From: a bacterium
GTDB lineage: Bacteria; Zixibacteria; MSB-5A5; WJJR01
Length of the DNA: 64,000 bases
Assembly: GCA_021813505.1 (NCBI GenBank)
Contig: JAKAKI010000038.1
Span: 651 to 64,650, forward strand
Reading direction: 5' to 3'
Shown here: positions 27,801-39,600 of the stretch, one piece after another
Layout: the number at the start of each line of letters is the position of its first letter
Numbering within the stretch: the stretch's first letter is position 1
Notes under the pieces: generated by a model
Told to the model about the DNA's origin: nothing
What the model saw: only the letters and a program-made list of their open reading frames with translations
Databases searched by the model: none
Translations under genes and position numbers: made by a program

Positions 27801-30175
27801 CACTGCGTTCCCTGACCACTGACCGGTTCCGGAGTCCACAGATACGTCACGCCGTTTAAGGTCTTGCTTGGATCAAACGACACCGATGCGGTCGCCAGCA
27901 GGCTGTCGCACGTCAGCTCATCGCCGGTGCAACTGATCGACGGCTTGATGATGTTCTGCGTGATCACGGACGAGCAGGAGTCTTTGCAGCCGGTCAGCGA
28001 GTTGGTCACTACCACCCACTTGGTACCTGGAGTGTTGTATCTCGCGAACGGCGTTCCCTGGCCACTCAACGGCTCCGGCGTCCAGTGGAATGTGTAGGTG
28101 ACCGGGATCTTAGATTGCCCGACCAGTGCCACGGAGGCGGATGCCTCTGTGCTGTCGCACGTGAGTTCGTCTCCAGAACAGTTCAACACCGGTTTGGCGA
28201 TGTTTTGCTGCACATCCACGGTGCATGTGTCTTTGCAACCCGAACTCAGGATCGTCACTACGACACGCTTGACTCCCGGCGAGCCATACACCGCCTGTGT
28301 TGTTCCCTGGCCGCTGATCGGCGCCGGCTCCCAAAGGTAGCCCACGCCTTCGCTTGGGTTTGACGTCACCCACGCCGTTGCCTGAGGCCTCGCGCAGGTG
28401 ATTGTGTCGGCTCCGCAGCTCACTTCCGGCTTACGGATGTTCTGCGTGATCGTGGCCTCGCACGAATCCTTGCAGCCGTTGGCGAGAATCGTGACAACGA
28501 CCTTTTTGGAACCGGGTGTGTCGTAACGGGCGAATCGCGTCCCCTGTCCGCTGATCGGGGTGGGACTCCAGAGATAGCTGACCCCCTCCGAGGGGTTCGA
28601 CGTCACTGCCGCGGTGGCGAGCAGGCTGTCGCAGGTCAATTCATCCCCGGTGCAAACCAGCGCGGGTTTGCGCTGATCGACCGTGACCAGTGCGGAATCC
28701 ATCGCCTTGCAGCCATTTGCCGGATTCGTTACCGTTAGAATGTACTTTCCTCCAGCATCGACAAGCGGCGTTGAGGTCGTACCTCCCGAGACGATGTGGC
28801 CGCCCTCGGTTGCGAGCCAACTGAATGTGACAGACGGAGTCGTGGAGGAGCCGGAAAGGGTCACCATAGTCTCTGAGCAGGTGATGACCTTGTCGGCGCC
28901 GGCATTCGCGTTCGGCAGTGTGATATTGCGGGTTACGAGGGCCGTATCGACGGCGGTGCAGATACAACTGACACCTTCCACCGAGGCCGTTAGATTCGAG
29001 CTGTCAAAGCCGCCGGCCTTGCTGGAGCTTGAACTGCCGAATGACCGGGTCACGGTCAGAATGTAAGTCCCCGGAGCATCGACGATGGGGGTCAGCGTGT
29101 TTGCACCGCTGACGATGTGTCCGCCCCCTGTTGCTGTCCAATGGTAGGTGCTATTCGGTGTGGAGGATGATCCTTCGAGCATAAGCTGGGTTTTATCGCA
29201 GGTCAGAACCTTGTCGGGACCGGCATCCGCTTCTGCGCCGAGATTCAAGTTGACGCTTATCGGATCAACGAAGTCCTTCAATTCCGCGGTTGGCGAATCG
29301 GACGACTTGGTGCGAATGAACACGACCGGCACGGCGATGCAGGGATTCAGATTCTTGAGCAGCTTCGTCATGTTGAGGGCGGCTTCGCCGAATGCGTTCT
29401 TCACGTATGTCGTGCTGCCGAACGCTCCGAACGGCACCCATACGGCCGAGTCGATGTTCGCCGCGGTGTACGCGGCGCCGGAGGGCGGTGTGTAGTTATG
29501 GTACTTGAATCCTGAAGGCGCGCCGCCATCGGCCTCCCAGCGCTGAACCTTGAAAATAGCCTGCGAGCCGCCATTGCTCAAATCGATGGTGATCAGGATG
29601 TCGCCGACGGTGCGTCCGCCATTGGGTCCAAGGGAGGTGAATGTGGAGTCAGGGTTCTTGACGAGCGAATTCTGGAGAAACTCGAAATCGATATAGCTCG
29701 TGCCGGTGACGGACTTGCGGTCGCCGGCGACCATCACCCAAATATTCCCGGATCCATCAACGAGCCAACTGAACAGCGCGTTATTGATGTCATCCTTCGG
29801 GGGAACGCTTCCCGCCTTCCACGTGTAGGTGTTGGGATTATCGCTGACCTTCTGGCTGGCGGCGCCGAAGACAGTCAAGTCTGCCCCGCCGTACCCATCC
29901 AGGCTGTGATAGGTCTTGGTCGGATCCACTGGAATGCCGGTGTTCGTGAGAACCGCCGTGGATGCCGCGTTGGCACCGGGCACCCAATCATTGGTGGTGC
30001 CATATGGCACACCACTGGGTGACCTGGAGAGAAGGTTCCCATCGATTCCGAATCCGGCCGCAACGCCGGGGCCTTGCGCGAAGGCGCCGGTGGTGAGGAC
30101 CAGAAACGGTATGAACGCGGTGAGCGTGGTCCGAACCGTGGACCGGATGATCCGGGGAATGTACGGGCAGGTCAT
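21866..30175 (-). CDS. giant repeat-rich cell-surface protein (2769 aa): signal peptide, ~290-aa N-terminal domain, 2 PKD-like repeats, 18 four-cysteine ~82-aa repeats, 5 PKD-like repeats, Ig-like modules, C-terminal dockerin-like EF-hand pair
   Basis: Single uninterrupted ORF. Start at ATG (MTCPYIPRIIRS...signal FIPFLVLTTGAFAQG) with GGAG SD. PKD-like units NANAGxDKVLTCxVTQxNLSGSSSTPGxTFSWVAxAGGHIVSGGxTATPxVDxxGTYTLTVTNPxNGC. Four-Cys units C.GDxLTCDSLxATASV...Y.W.PxPxSGQGT..ARYDTPGxKxVVVT...GCKDSC...ITQNI.KP. C-terminus GDIDTDGQVSVSDLAIL...CDVNCDGVVNRKDVDAVTSYIF. Confidence 0.85.
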   Translation of the reverse strand: MTCPYIPRIIRSTVRTTLTAFIPFLVLTTGAFAQGPGVAAGFGIDGNLLSRSPSGVPYGTTNDWVPGANAASTAVLTNTGIPVDPTKTYHSLDGYGGADLTVFGAASQKVSDNPNTYTWKAGSVPPKDDINNALFSWLVDGSGNIWVMVAGDRKSVTGTSYIDFEFLQNSLVKNPDSTFTSLGPNGGRTVGDILITIDLSNGGSQAIFKVQRWEADGGAPSGFKYHNYTPPSGAAYTAANIDSAVWVPFGAFGSTTYVKNAFGEAALNMTKLLKNLNPCIAVPVVFIRTKSSDSPTAELKDFVDPISVNLNLGAEADAGPDKVLTCDKTQLMLEGSSSTPNSTYHWTATGGGHIVSGANTLTPIVDAPGTYILTVTRSFGSSSSSKAGGFDSSNLTASVEGVSCICTAVDTALVTRNITLPNANAGADKVITCSETMVTLSGSSTTPSVTFSWLATEGGHIVSGGTTSTPLVDAGGKYILTVTNPANGCKAMDSALVTVDQRKPALVCTGDELTCDSLLATAAVTSNPSEGVSYLWSPTPISGQGTRFARYDTPGSKKVVVTILANGCKDSCEATITQNIRKPEVSCGADTITCARPQATAWVTSNPSEGVGYLWEPAPISGQGTTQAVYGSPGVKRVVVTILSSGCKDTCTVDVQQNIAKPVLNCSGDELTCDSTEASASVALVGQSKIPVTYTFHWTPEPLSGQGTPFARYNTPGTKWVVVTNSLTGCKDSCSSVITQNIIKPSISCTGDELTCDSLLATASVSFDPSKTLNGVTYLWTPEPVSGQGTQWARYDTPGSKKVVVTYTATGCKDSCDATITQNIRRPEISCGADTITCAHPQATAWANSSPNVGVSYFWDPSPLSGQGTTQAVYDTPGPKKVIVTILATGCKDSCTVDVQQNIYKPVLSCSGDQLTCDSLEATASVQLGTAGSKIPFPFTFHWTPEPLSGQGTPDARYNTPGTKWVVVTYTPSGCKDSCSAEITQDIVKPILTCNGDELTCDSLLASATVTLPSAQKAMGPVWSYLWSPSPNSGQGTPEARYDTPGTKWVVVTYMPTGCKDSCSSVITQNIIKPSISCHGDELTCDSLLATASVSFDPSKTLNGVTYLWTPEPVSGQGTQWARYDTPGSKKVVVTYTATGCKDSCDATITQNIRRPEISCGADTITCAHPQATAWANSSPNVGVSYFWDPSPLSGQGTTQAVYDTPGPKKVIVTILATGCKDSCTVDVQQNIYKPVLSCSGDQLTCDSLEATASVQLGTAGSKIPFPFTFHWTPEPLSGQGTPDARYNTPGTKWVVVTYTPSGCKDSCSAEITQDIVKPILTCNGDELTCDSLLASATVTLPSAQKAMGPVWSYLWSPSPNSGQGTPEARYDTPGTKWVVVTYMPTGCKDSCSSVITQNIIKPSISCHGDELTCDSLLATASVSFNLGKTSNGVTYLWTPEPVSGQGTQWARYDTPGPKKVVVMYTATGCKDSCQATITQNIRRPEISCGADTITCAHLQATAWVNSGPSVGVSYFWDPSPLSGQGTTQAVYDTPGIKHVVVTILATGCKDTCTVDVVENKFKPEFTCSGDELTCDSLLATASVIFPTAGSQAIQPYTFLWTPAPISGQGTMNARYDTPGQKKVVVTYLPTGCKDSCEATITQSIDKPLLSCSGDELTCDSLLGSATVTFPGRGKDPNPSPYSYLWSPAPISGQGTPSARYDSPGTKWVVVTVLATGCKDSCSAVITQNIEKPSLRCSGDELTCDSLLATASVTLTTPGLKMNGTHNIVWKPSPVSGQGTPWARYNAPGTKWAVVTDLANGCTDSCSTEITQNTVKPELRCTGDVLTCDSVLATASVSLPAGKALNGLSYFWSPAPVSGQGTPWARYDTPGQKKVVVTILATGCKDSCEATISQDIFKPGLQCFGDTLTCDSLQASACVQWFDAGKSTTPIVRYLWRPAPLSGQGTSCARYDTPGQKWVVVTFLPNGCKDSCAATIVQSNAVPNANAGTDKVLTCTVTQLNLSGSSSTPGVTFTWVATAGGHIVSGGTTATPTVDAAGTYTLTVTNPTNGCKATDVALVTLNNTAPNANAGADKILTCTATQLNLSGSSSTPGATFSWVASAGGHIVSGGSTATPLIDQPGTYTLTVTNPANGCTATDVASVTRNNTAPNADAGADKVLTCSVTQINLSGSSSTPGATFSWVASAGGHIVSGANTATPLVDQPGTYTLTVTNPTNGCTATDVALVTRNATTPNVSAGVDKVLNCSVTQINLSGSSSTPGVTFSWVASAGGHIVSGGTTATPLVDQPGTYTLTVTVTATGCKASDAATVTLDNTLPNADAGPDKALTCTVTQIALSGASSTPGATFSWAATNGGHIVSGPTTATPIVDAAGTYTLTVTNPANGCMATDVALVTKTPNNPPVCVVPHDTSITTTTVPVTICLPVSGTDVDGDAVTCTKISGAGTLSGGQWCFTWSAPKDTSVLVEIRCRDACDSCSSQFRVTILYRSLIPPCEGNIAPICNLPRDTTIMQCIPTTISLPVSATDANGNFKSCTIVSGPGKISSRGNWNYTPYGPDTVTVTIRCTDSCGAFCEGTFTVSFVRDNLKPVCKPVLDTTVHACPSIPIMIPLYANAIGLVDCYVSGGLGTLIGGYWVYTPTVNEDVRATVQCQSVCGNTWKWSLTVRIRMDGTNCSGGSLSALSNSVPMTAMALDPCRCPAPGDIDTDGQVSVSDLAILCTVVFEAEKLNDTGACPAIQRCDVNCDGVVNRKDVDAVTSYIFSQGKPLCDPCPKR
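25950..27860 (-). repeat. near-perfect tandem duplication of a 987-bp (329-codon, four-domain) super-repeat inside the giant gene
   Basis: ORF-track fragments are identical or 1-2 aa different at a constant +987 offset: 26352..26852 vs 27339..27839; 26370..26570 vs 27357..27557; 26447..26872 vs 27434..27859; tail of 25559..26392 vs 26939..27379. A third, diverged copy follows (to ~28.4 kb) and a diverged copy precedes (~25.0-25.9 kb). Confidence 0.9.
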
Positions 30176-30594
30176 AACAACTCCTTTGAAGCGATACGCT
30201 CCTGTACCTATGAATTCAGAATCACCAATCGTTGCTCTCCGAGTGGCGGACCAGGGACACGATGTTGACCTGATGGCATGCAAGATCACGCAACTTCAAC
30301 CCCGGCGAGACGGGGCTACCCTTCCGCCGCGAGTGAAAACTCAATGCCTGGACAGGATTCCCGATTCGGACCGGCGGAATCGACCGGCCCGAGGTCCCAG
30401 CATCGCGATCCCCGCATTTAGTATATCGTCATTACCGGAAAAACTGTGCGCCAATCAGTTCTGCCAATCTGCCGATACCCATTTTGTGACGAACTGAGCG
30501 GTACAATTCAGACACGACAGATATCGTTATCGGTCTTGGCGTTATGGAGCGCAGGATTCGCAGGCCGACAGTGGGGGATTTCTCCCATACAGAC

Positions 30595-30624
30595 CGAGGC
30601 GGGGATTTTTGATCCCCGCCTCGG
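30595..30624. terminator. hairpin CGAGGCGGGGAT-TTTTG-ATCCCCGCCTCG between the two giant genes
   Basis: 11-bp perfect stem 27 bp past the stop (30651) of the upstream giant gene. Stem sequence related to the 21812 hairpin (GAGGCGGG...). No clean U-tract. Confidence 0.45.
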
Positions 30625-30650
30625 AAGTTACTGCTATCGTCGTGATCGGA

Positions 30651-33600
30651 TTACCGTTTCGGACACGGATCGCACAACGATTTCCCCTGGCGGAACATGT
30701 ATGATGTCAGGGCGTCAACGTCCTTGCGATCCACGATGCCGTCGCAGTTCACGTCGCAACGCTGGATCTCCGGACAGGAGCCAGTTGTAGTGACTGTCTC
30801 GACTCTGTAGATAACGTTGCACAAAACCGCCAGATCGCTCACCGACACCTGGCCGTCGGCATCGATGTCACCCGGCGCCGGACAGCGGCAAGGATCGGGA
30901 GCTGATGCTGTCATTGGCATGCTGACCGATGGATCGGTTGCAATGGCCGACGCACAGTTACCGTCCATCCGGACACGCACGGTCAGTGACCACTTCCACG
31001 ACTTCCCGCAGAAGGACTGGCACTGCACAGTTACCCGAACGTCCTCGTTCACCGTCGGCACGTACACCCAGAATCCGTCCGCCAATGCTCCCGGACCGGC
31101 TACTATATACGCGTTGACCATTCCGACGGCGTTTGCGTACAGTGGAATCGTGATCGGGATCTCGGCGCACGCATGTACGGTCGTGTCAAGGACCGGCTTG
31201 CAGACCGGCTTCAGGTTATCCCGCACGAAAGAAACTGTAAACGTCCCCTCGCAGAACGCCCCGCACGAATCGGTGCAACGGATCGTCACCGTCACCGTGT
31301 CCGGGCCGTAAGGCGTGTAGTTCCAGTTGCCGCGCGACGAAATCGTGCCGGGACCGGAGATGATCTTACACGACTTGAAGTTTCCGTTCGCGTCGGTGGC
31401 CGAAAGCTTCAGGCTCACGGTTGTCGGGATGCACTGCACAATCGTCGTGTCATGCGGAAGATTGCATTCCGGTGCGATGTTTCCTTCGCATGGGGATACC
31501 GGCGACTGATAGAGGATTGTCACACGGAACTGCGAACTGCAACTGTCACACGCATCGCGGCAGCGGACTCCGACCAATACTGAGGTGTCCTTCGGCGCGC
31601 TCCATGTGAAGCACCACTGGCCGCCCGACAGCGTACCCGCACCGCTGATCTTGGTGCAGGTTACCGCGTCTCCGTCCACATCTGTACCACTCACTGGCAG
31701 ACAGATCGTCACCGGTACCGTGGTCGTTGTGATCGACGTGTCATGCGGCACCACGCACACCGGCGGGTTGTTCGGCGTCTTCGTGACCAGCGCCACGTCC
31801 GTAGCCATACAGCCGTTTGCCGGATTGGTGACTGTCAACGTGTACGTCCCCGCTGCGTCCACGATCGGCGTGGCTGTCGTCGGACCCGACACGATGTGAC
31901 CGCCGTTCGTCGCCGCCCAACTGAAGGTGGCGCCCGGCGTGCTCGACGCACCCGACAGCGCAATCTGCGTGATCGTACAGGTCAGGGCCTTGTCCGGTCC
32001 CGCATCCGCGTTCGGCAGCGTGTTGTCAAGGGTCACGGTAGCCGCGTCGCTGGCCTTACAACCGGTCGCCGTCACGGTCACCGTCAGGGTGTACGTGCCC
32101 GCCTGGTCCACCAACGGCGTCGCCGTTGTGCCACCCGAGACGATATGCCCGCCACCGGAAGCGACCCAGTTGAAGGTAACTCCCTGTGTCGTCGAAGATC
32201 CGGAGAGGTTGATCGAAGTTACCGAGCAATTGAGCACCTTGTCGACACCGGCGCTCACGTTCGGGGTTGTCGCGTTTCGGGTCACCAGTGCCACGTCGGT
32301 CGCAGTACAGCCGTTGGTTGGATTGGTCACGGTCAGCGTGTACGTCCCCGGCTGATCCACCAGCGGGGTCGCTGTGTTCCCACCCGAGACGATATGGCCA
32401 CCCGCCGAAGCCACCCAGGAGAAGGTCACGCCCGGGGTGCTCGACGATCCACTCAGGTTGATCTGTGTCACCGAGCAGGTCAGCACCTTGTCGGCGCCTG
32501 CATCCGCGTTCGGTGTCGTGTTGTTGCGGGTCACCGAGGCGACATCGGTCGCGGTACAGCCGTTGGCTGGATTCGTCACCGTCAGCGTGTACGTGCCCGG
32601 CTGGTCAATCAGCGGTGTCGCCGTCGAACCACCCGAGACGATGTGGCCGCCCGCCGACGCCACCCAGGAGAATGTCGCTCCGGGCGTCGAGGACGATCCG
32701 GAGAGATTCAACTGGGTTGCGGTGCAGGTCAGAATCTTGTCGGCACCGGCGTTCGCGTTCGGTGGAGTGTTGTTTAAAGTAACCAATGCCACATCGGACG
32801 CCTTGCAACCGTTCGTAGGATTGGTCACGGTCAGCGTGTATGTCCCCGCCGCATCCACCGTCGGGGTGGCCGTTGTGCCGCCCGAGACGATGTGGCCACC
32901 CGCCGATGCCACCCAGTTGAAGGTGACCCCGGGTGTCGAGGAGGATCCCGAGAGATTCAATTGCGTCACGGTGCAGGTCAGCACCTTGTCGGTACCCGCG
33001 TTCGCATTTGGCACTGCGTTGCTCTGCACGATCGTCGCCGCACACGAATCCTTGCAACCGTTCGGCAGGAAGGTCACGATCGCCCACTTCTGTCCAGGCG
33101 TGTCATACCGTGCGCACGCCGTTCCCTGACCAGAGACCGGCTCGGGACGCCACTGGTAACTCAGGATTGGCGTGGACGTCTTCGAGGCATCGAACCAGTA
33201 CACGCAGGCAGTTCCCTGCAGACTGTCGCAGGTCAGCGTGTCGCCGAAACACTGCAATTCCGGTTTGAAGATATTCTGCGTGATTGTGGCAGCGCACGAG
33301 TCCTTGCAACCCGTTTCCGGAATGGTGATGATCACCCACTTCGTCCCCGGGGTGTCATAGCGCGCAAAGGGCGTGCCCTGACCGCTTACCGGTGACGGTT
33401 TCCACAAGTAGCTAAAGCCATTCAGTGCCTTGCCTGATTGCGGCAGATTCACTGAGGCTGTGGCCAGCACGCTGTCGCAGGTCAATTCGTCACCCGAACA
33501 GCCGAATTCCGGTGTCCTGGCGTTTTGCATGATCTCGGCGGAACATGAGTCTTTGCAGCCCGACGCCAGATCCGTCACAACCACCCACTTCGTGCCCGGC

Positions 33601-36600
33601 GTGTCGTAGCGGGCAAATGGCGTTCCCTGACCGCTCAACGGCGCAGGACTCCACACGATAATCACTGTGCCATTTGTCTTCTGGCCGGGCGCACCGATCG
33701 TGACACTCGCTGTCGCCTGCAGACTGTCGCAGGTCAGAACGTCACCCGAACAACTCAGGGACGGCTTCTCGATCTTCTGCGTGATCACGGCCGAACACGA
33801 GTCTTTGCAGCCTGTCTCCAGAACCGTTACCACAACCCACTTCGTGCCGGGACTGTCGTAACGTGCATTGGGTGTTCCCTGGCCGCTAATCGGCGCCGGA
33901 CTCCAGACATAAGAGTATACTGCCGGATTCGGATTCTTCGCCTGCTCGATGAAGTTTACCGAGGCGGACGCCAGGAGGCTGTCGCAGGTGAGTTCATCAC
34001 CGGAGCAGCTCAAGAACGGCTTGTCGATACTTTGAGTGATCGTCGCTTCGCACGAGTCCTTGCAGCCAGTCGGTCCGTACGTCACCACCACTTTCTTCTG
34101 ACCCGGCGTATCGTAACGTGCCCACGGCGTCCCCTGGCCGCTGATCGGCTCCGGACTCCATACGATGAGGAACGGAATGAACGCCTGCGATCCCGCACTC
34201 GGGAATTGCAGCGACGCGGTCGCCAGCAGGCTGTCGCAGGTCAATTCATCACCTGAGCAGATGAATTGCGGTTTGTACAAGTTCTCCTGGATGTCCACGG
34301 TGCAGGTGTCTTTGCAGCCGGATTCCAGAATCGTTACCACAACACGCTTAATTCCTGGTGTGTCGTAAACGGCCTGCGTCGTCCCCTGGCCCGACAATGG
34401 CGCCGGATCCCAGAAGTAGCTGACGCCCACGCTCGGGCCTGAGTTCACCCAGGCGGTCGCGTGTGGATGCGCGCACGTGATTGTATCCGCGCCGCATGCG
34501 ACTTCCGGGCGCCGCGTGTTCTGCGTGATGTTCGCTTCGCACGAGTCCTTGCAGCCCGTGGCGGTGAACGTCACGACGACTTTCTTCCAACCCGGCGCAT
34601 CGTAACGCGCCCACTGAGTTCCCTGGCCGCTGATCGGTTCGGGGGCCCACAGGTACGTCACGCCATTTAGTATCTTGCTTGGGTCAAACGACACCGACGC
34701 GGTCGCCAGCAGGCTGTCGCACGTCAGTTCGTCGCCATGACAACTGATCGACGGCTTGATGATGTTCTGCGTGATCACGGACGAGCAGGAGTCTTTGCAC
34801 CCTGTCGGTAGATACGTCACGACGACCCACTTAGTGCCCGGTGTGTCGTATCTCGCAAACGGAGTTCCCTGGCCACTGATCGGCGCCGGGCTCCAGAAAT
34901 AGCCCCACACATCGACGAGCAGCTTCTGCGCGTCGGTCAGATTGACCGTCGCCGAGGCCAGCAGGCTGTCGCAGGTCAGCTCATCACCGGAACAGCTTAG
35001 CAGCGGCTTGATGACATCCTGCGCGATCTCCGCCGAACACGAGTCCTTGCAACCCGACGGCGTATAGGTCACCACCACCCACTTGGTCCCCGGTGTATTG
35101 TAACGCGCCTCCTGTGTCCCCTGGCCGGAAATCGGCTCGGGAGTCCAGTAGAAGGTGAACGGGAACGGAATCTTCGATGCGGCCGACACCAACTGCACGG
35201 AGGCGGTCGCTTCCAGGCTATCGCAGGTCAATTGGTCACCCGAGCAGGAAAGGACAGGCTTGTATATGTTTTGCTGAACGTCGACGAGGCAGCTGTCTTT
35301 GCATCCCGTGGCCAGAATGGTCACAACGACAACTTTGATACCGGGGGTGTCGTAAACGGCCTGCGTGGTTCCCTGGCCGGTGATCGGAGCCGGATTCCAG
35401 AAGTAGCTCACACCTTCACTGGGACTCGAGTTCACCCAGGCGGTCGCCTGCGGATGCACACACGTGATCGTGTCGGCTCCGCAACTGATCTCCGGACGGC
35501 GGGTGTTCTGCGTGATCGTCGCTTCGCAAGAGTCTTTGCAGCCGGTTGGCGTGTAGGTCACGACGACCTTCTTCGGACCCGGGGTATCATAACGCGCCCA
35601 CGGCGTTCCCTGGCCACTCAACGGATCAGGCGACCAGAAGAAAGTGAGCGGCGGCGGAATCTTGGCGTCATCCAGTACGATGCTCACCGAAGCAGTCGCC
35701 TGCAGGCTGTCACAGGTCAATTCGTCACCGGCGCAGAGCAGTTTGGGTTTGTAGGTATCTTGAACGATGTCAACGCTGCAACTGTCTTTGCAACCGGTCG
35801 CGGCAATCGTCACGGTCACCCACTTGATGCCGGGGGAGTCGTAGACGGCCTGGCTGGTTCCCTGCCCGCTCACTGGGGCCGGATTCCAGAAGTAAGTGAT
35901 GCCTTCGACGACACTCGATTGGACTGTGGCAGTCGCCTGCAGTTTGTTGCAGGTGATTGAATCGGCGTGACAGCTCAGCTCCGGCTTGGCGATATGCTGC
36001 GTGATTTCGGCTTCGCAGGAGTCCTTGCAGCCAGAATCGAGGACGGTCACCACGACCTTCTTAAATCCCGGCGTGTCATAACGCGCCAGGTTGGTCCCCT
36101 GGCCGCTCACGGGCGCGGGCGTCCAGAAGTAACTGATGTTGGTCAGCGACTTGGATTGCCCGCCCAGTAACACCGAAGCGGTGGCCAGAAGGCTGTCGCA
36201 GGTCAGATCATCACCGGAGCAGATCGGGACCGGCTTAACAGCGTTTTGCTCGACTATCGCCTCGCACGAATCCTTGCAACCGCTGCTCAGGATCGTCACG
36301 ACGACTTTCTTGGCGCCGGGCGCGTTGTACAGAGCGTGCGAAGAGCCCTGGCCGGAAAGCGGCGCGGGGTCCCAATTGTAGCTGACCGGCTCGGTGATAT
36401 TCGTGCTGACCGAGACACTCGCCATGACCGTGTTGCAGGTCAGGGTGTCGCCCGTGCAGGTCAGATTCGGCTTGCGGATATTCTGGGTGATTGTCGCTTC
36501 ACACGAATCAACGCAGCCATTGGCCGGGTTGGTGACAATTACCCACTTGGATCCCGGAGAATCGTAGCGGGCAATCGCCGTACCCTGGCCGCTGACCGGC

Positions 36601-39600
36601 GCGGGTTTCCATTCATAGGTGACACCGACCGCCGGATTGGAGATCACCGAAGCTGTCGCCAGGAGACTGTCGCAAGTCAGGTCATCTCCCGCGCAAGTCA
36701 ACACCGGCTTGGTGCGGTCGATCGTGACGAGCGCTGTGTCGTAGGCACTACAGTGAGTTTCAGGATTCGTCACCATGAGGACATAGGTACCGGCAGCGTC
36801 CACGATCGGAGAGGGGCTCGAGGCTCCCGACACGATGTGGCCACCGGAGTACGCGCTCCAGCTAAAGTTCACACCTGGAGTCGAGGAGGAGCCGTGCAAT
36901 GTGTCCAGCGTATTGGCACAGGTCAGGACCTGGTCCGCACCGGCGTTGACGTTGGGTCTGCTGATATCCCGCGTGACCAATGCTCCATCGGTCGCGGTAC
37001 AACCGTTGGCCGGATCCGTCACTGTCAGCGTGTAGGTTCCGGGGGCGTCAACCAGCGGCGAGGCCGTGGTTGAGCCGGAGACGATGTGTCCGCCATTGGA
37101 GGCCAGCCAACTGAAGGCGGCTCCCGGCGTGGTGGAGGATCCTGAGAGGTTGACTTGAGACACTTCGCAATTGAGGAACTTGTCCGGGCCGGCATTCGCA
37201 TTCGGCTTGGAAACATTGGACGTGACCAGTGCCGTGTCGAGCTTGGTGCAGCCGTTGGCGGGATTTGTCACGGTGAGGACATACGTGCCCGCGGAATCGA
37301 CCAGCGGGGTCGCAGTGCTGCCACCGGAAACTATATGGCCGCCATCGTAGGCCGCCCAACTGAAGGTGGCACTCGGAGTGCTCGATGATCCCGCAAGATT
37401 GACCTGCACCACTATGCAATTGAGAACTTTGTCCGGACCGGCATTGGCGTTGGGAGGCGCGGTATTCGCTGTGACCAGCGCGGTATCTGCCTTCGTACAG
37501 CCATTGGCCGGGTTCGTCACGGTCAGCACATAAGTTCCGGCCGCATCCACCAGAGGCGATGCGGTCGTGCCGCCGGAGACGATATGCCCACCGGCAAACG
37601 CGCCCCAACTGAATGTCGCACCGGGCGTGCTGGAGGAACCGGACAGATTGATCTGAGTCACCAGACAGGTAAGGACTTTGTCGGCACCGGCGTTGGCATT
37701 CGGCTTGGCCGTGTCCACCGTTACAAGCGCCGTATCTTTCTTCGTGCAACCATTGGCCGGATCGGTCACGGTCAGGATATAGGTTCCGGCCGCGTCGACC
37801 AGCGGGGTTGCAGTGGAGCCACCCGACACGATGTGCCCACCCGCCGCCACCGCCCAGGAGAATGTCGCCGACGGCGTGGTTGACGAACCATCGAGATTAA
37901 CCTGAGTGACAGTGCACGTGAGAACCTTGTCCGGACCCGCGTTGGCATTCGGCTTGGCCGTGTTGACGGTGACCAATGCCGTGTCCTTATCGGTACAGCT
38001 ATTGGAAGGATCGGTAACGGTCAAAACGTAGGTGCCGGCCGCATCGACTGTCGGAGTGGCGGTCGAGCCGCCGGAGACGATGTGACCGCCGCCGGTTGCC
38101 GTCCAGGAGAAGTTGATTCCGGGGGGCGTCGACGAACCCGAGAGCTGGACCTGCGACACGAGGCAAGTCAGGGCCTTGTCTGGACCAGCATTCGCAATGG
38201 TCGGGCAAATCGGGAAGGCATGATGGCCGATGGGCGCGTTGGACGGAGTCGCAACGGTATGTTCACCATCTGAGGCCGTGAAATAGTATTGAATGCTATC
38301 GCCGGAGCAAAGCAACTGACTGGCCGGCACCGTTGCGCAGAACGTGCTGTCCGTTCGCGTGGTCGCAACTGATGTGTATGATGTTGGACCATTTCGATAG
38401 AACAAGTTCACGGTCAGCGACGCGAGCGGCGTGTCTTTGTCTGTGACCCAGGCACAAAGCTGGACATTGGTCTTGGCCTTCTGGCAGATATTGTCCAGCG
38501 CAATGGTTGGCGGCGTGCGCTTGATGACCGGCGGGGCCTTTTCGCAATAATCGCCCGTGTCGCACGGTGCGCAGGTCAAATCAGCATTCTGATGGCAGAC
38601 GACAACCTGGTGGCAATCGCCGTCGGGGATTGTATCGATGCTGTTGTAGCAGATTTTGTAGCGTGTGCACAAGCGTTCCTTGATCGCGTCGTAGATCGAA
38701 TCGAGTTCCGCGCCGCTGGGGGCATGGAAGTGCGAACCACCGGATCCATTCGACAGCGAGACCAGATAGTGCGGATCAAAGTCGCTGCCCAGACTGATGG
38801 TATAGATCGGGATTCCGGCACCGAGTGCGAGACCGACGATCAGAGTCGAGTCATCGGTGAATCCGTTGTTAGGCTGGCTGCCGTTCAAGCCGTTCGGCGT
38901 GGCCGAAGTCCCGCAGTTCTGGCTTTCGTTTTCCAGACCATCGGTGAGGGCGATGACCGCCTTGCTGCCGAGTTCGGTCGTGGTCAGGCTGACGCCCTTC
39001 CAGGTGCCGTCGAAGAAGGCTGTCCTGCCGCTGGCGGACAGGCTATTAATGCCGGAGATGAGAAGCGCCGTGTCGCTGGTGAAATTCTGGACAACGGTGT
39101 AGCAGTCTGAGAACTTGACGATCGCCGTGCGATCATAGATCGACATCGCCCGCACGAACCGGCGTGCGGCATCCTTGGCTGCGGTAATCTTGCTGTTCGT
39201 GCCCATGCTGCCCGACACGTCAATCACCAGACAGGTTGACGTGCGGCACGAATCGCCGGTAAGCTCCTGAATCGTAAACTCGCTCATCCGGAAGCCGTCC
39301 TGGTAGACGCAGAAGCTATCTGCCGGGAGGTGGGGGATTGGAAGCCCGTTGGGATCGAGCACTTCAACGTAGGTGCAAATGAGCGGGAACAAACTCGCGT
39401 CGATCGACCCCAGGAAGACATCGGAGACGCCATTGACGCTTGCCGGCGAGAGAATGGAGGTGACTTTTGCCGCGGTGGTCAACGTGGGGCGTTGCTCGAC
39501 CATGTACGGGTCATCGGGCGTGCCAAGGTTGATCATCTTCTTCTCACTGGGGGCCGCGCCCAGGGCGATGACCGAAAGCGATATGGCCGCCAGGATCGCG

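Noticed and set aside
22000-38500. Periodic repeats inside the giant genes as a possible CRISPR array or satellite
   Set aside because: Units are 240-290 bp and in-frame protein domains of a continuous ORF, with no short spacer/repeat alternation.
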